NCBI GenBank assembly: GCA_035297365.1
Contig: DATGZA010000018.1
Location: forward strand, 1-20,013
Source of the DNA: Nitrososphaeraceae archaeon
GTDB lineage: Archaea > Thermoproteota > Nitrososphaeria > Nitrososphaerales > Nitrososphaeraceae
Reading direction: 5' to 3'
DNA: 20,013 bases
The notes below the pieces were generated by a model, which saw only the letters and a program-made list of their open reading frames with translations, did no database searches and was not told the DNA's origin. Both the position numbers and the translations under genes were made by a program. This document shows, piece by piece, positions 18,480 to 20,013 of this stretch. Each line of letters begins with the position of its first letter. Within the stretch, counting starts at the first letter, position 1.

Positions 18480-19553
18480 TTAGGAAAGTGGAATGTTAAG
18501 GCACTCTACGAATGCTCTGAGGGAAAAATTCGTTCCAGTAGAGGTTCCATTTATTAACCAGCCTTGTCCCGTCGCTGTTTTATGAGATTCATTTATTTGC
18601 ACATTACCCCCTACTTTTGTAAACCCTCCACCAGTTACAACATCACCGGCATCACAGTTAGCCGTTGAAGTTAAGGGACTGTCTGTATCAAGATTACCTG
18701 GATTTTGATAGGTAGTTGCGTTGACTGTTGCTGCTGGTATATCAATAAAACAGTCTGTACGGGCATCTTCTACCCATACGCCTTCTAGGTCTGTAAGGGG
18801 TCCACAGAGTTCTGCCGGGGCTGCTGCGTTACATAAAGTGGAATTAGTTACTTTTGCACCTGCACCCAAGTTTGTATCAGCTCCACAATCAAAGAGTGTT
18901 ATTCCTTCTACATCACATGCTCCTTCCGCATCTTTGTCGACTACCCATACACCCGCCAAGTCACTGCCTGTTGGACACTGCTCTGCTGGGGTTGCTGCAT
19001 TACACAGATCTTCATCTGTTACCTTTGCACCTGCACCCAAGTTAGAACCTTCTTGACATGTAAACAATGTCACTCCATCAGGTGGTTGTGATCCAGCATT
19101 ACTTCTTGTCTGTTCGTTGCCATTAGCATTTACACAAACATTTACCAGGTTTCTGTCAAAGTTTATTCCATCTGCAAATCCGTTACCGTTTTGTGTATTT
19201 ACTGCGTCTGGACCTCCTTCATCTGTTGCTCCTAAGGCAGTATTGTCGTGAGGTATCTCGGTAACATCTACACCATTTACGTTGACGTTACTATTTCCAC
19301 AACTTATTTTCTGGATATCTGTGTGAGAACTCTTTTGATCTTTTTTATCATAACTATATCTATTGTCGTCTTGATAATAGTTATTGTCGTCTTGGTAATA
19401 GTTATTGTCGTCTTGGTAATAGTTATTGTCGTATCCATACTGATTGTCGTACATTTCCGCTTGTGCATTCCCTATCATTGATGGGTTTAAAGCCAATAGA
19501 CCTGCGGCTACTATCACTGTGATAGAAGCCAGAACTATCTTGTTATTGGTCAT
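18480..19553 (-). CDS. Exported surface protein: signal peptide, YYQDDNN repeats, duplicated 4-Cys module, C-terminal C..GD.VTGGG domain
   Basis: Hydrophobic signal ending AQA, a QKISCGNSNVNVNG segment, two modules of about 57 aa, and STANCDAGDVVTGGGF...GW...FVEC. Confidence 0.85.
   Translation of the reverse strand: MTNNKIVLASITVIVAAGLLALNPSMIGNAQAEMYDNQYGYDNNYYQDDNNYYQDDNNYYQDDNRYSYDKKDQKSSHTDIQKISCGNSNVNVNGVDVTEIPHDNTALGATDEGGPDAVNTQNGNGFADGINFDRNLVNVCVNANGNEQTRSNAGSQPPDGVTLFTCQEGSNLGAGAKVTDEDLCNAATPAEQCPTGSDLAGVWVVDKDAEGACDVEGITLFDCGADTNLGAGAKVTNSTLCNAAAPAELCGPLTDLEGVWVEDARTDCFIDIPAATVNATTYQNPGNLDTDSPLTSTANCDAGDVVTGGGFTKVGGNVQINESHKTATGQGWLINGTSTGTNFSLRAFVECLNIPLS
18741..19076. repeat. 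Two copies of a 171-bp Cys-rich coding module
   Basis: GVTLFTC..SNLGAGAKVT...LCNAATPAEQC...DLAGVWV and GITLFDC..TNLGAGAKVT...LCNAAAPAELC...DLEGVWV. TTTGCACCTGCACCCAAGTT recurs 171 bp apart. Confidence 0.9.
19361..19432. repeat. 21-bp coding tandem repeat, about 3.4 copies (YYQDDNN)
   Basis: TATTGTCGTCTTGRTAATAGT at 19361, 19382 and 19403, partial copy at 19424, degenerate copy to about 19451. Confidence 0.92.
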
Positions 19554-19885
19554 TACCTGTTAAATACGAATTTAATATATCTAACATTGGAAGGAACGTT
19601 ATCTGTCCTTGTAATATTTCAAGATTCTGAATTATTGACGATAAGAAGAATAGCAATTGTTCTTTAAGTACAATATCAAATATTTATATGGAGATAATCA
19701 TATCATGCAAAGTAAAAATATCTTCCTGACTTTGAAAAAATGGTAAAATCGATCAAGTTGATAGATTAATTCGTAATGAAAATGATTTTGAATTAACATT
19801 TTATTCCTTCAAATTCGTCCTATTAATTTTGATGGTATTTGGCGATAATATCTATGTATTAACTCTTATAGTGACACGATATTAA

Positions 19886-19997
19886 GGGTGCAATACTCCA
19901 ATTTTTCTGGAATCCTCTAAAAGATGAGTACTTGGAAGTTAAGACAAACAAAAAACATATTTCTTCATGTCCGCATAAAGATGGAAAAATAGAATAA
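19886..19997 (+). pseudogene. Possible remnant of a small Cys/His zinc-binding protein
   Basis: GCNTPI, a frameshift in a T-run, then FWNPLKDEYLEVKTNKKHISSCPHK*. It resembles small thaumarchaeal GC.T.I.W....Y.EV.T.KKH.CP proteins (recollection). Confidence 0.3.
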
Positions 19998-20013
19998 AGA
20001 AATCAAGCAAATA

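Noticed and set aside
19361-19451. CRISPR-like array
   Set aside because: The 21-bp units are contiguous with no unique spacers and lie in frame inside a CDS; there are no cas genes.
17380-19481. ORFs 17380-17562, 18721-19056, 18854-19045 and 19248-19481
   Set aside because: Antisense to the integrase or the exported protein; their repetitive look comes from the sense-strand repeats.

Overview
AT-rich archaeal DNA. The gene families, TATA-type leaderless promoters and exported-protein leaders point to a soil ammonia-oxidising archaeon (Nitrososphaeraceae-like); this is inferred from family resemblance, not from a search. The window is an accessory, actively decaying region. Intact genes are a small two-gene module (380-914), an M23 peptidase, a 45-aa C2H2 zinc-finger protein missed by the ORF track, a secreted beta-helix protein, PEP synthase (ppsA), a PsbP-like exported protein, a wHTH-SAM methyltransferase, a universal stress protein, a secreted metallophosphoesterase and a repeat-rich Cys-rich exported protein. 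Broken genes are a 4-TM membrane protein, an Lrp/AsnC-GAF fusion regulator, an OsmC-family protein, Hsp20, a tyrosine integrase, a second integrase stub beside a tRNA-like 3' fragment, and two complementary IS5-family halves that bracket the 9.2-14.7 kb stress/regulatory cluster. The best candidates for an undescribed system are the Lrp-GAF / methyltransferase / OsmC / membrane-protein module with candidate operator boxes, and the 64-aa + 108-aa two-gene cassette. No rRNA, complete tRNA or CRISPR array was seen.
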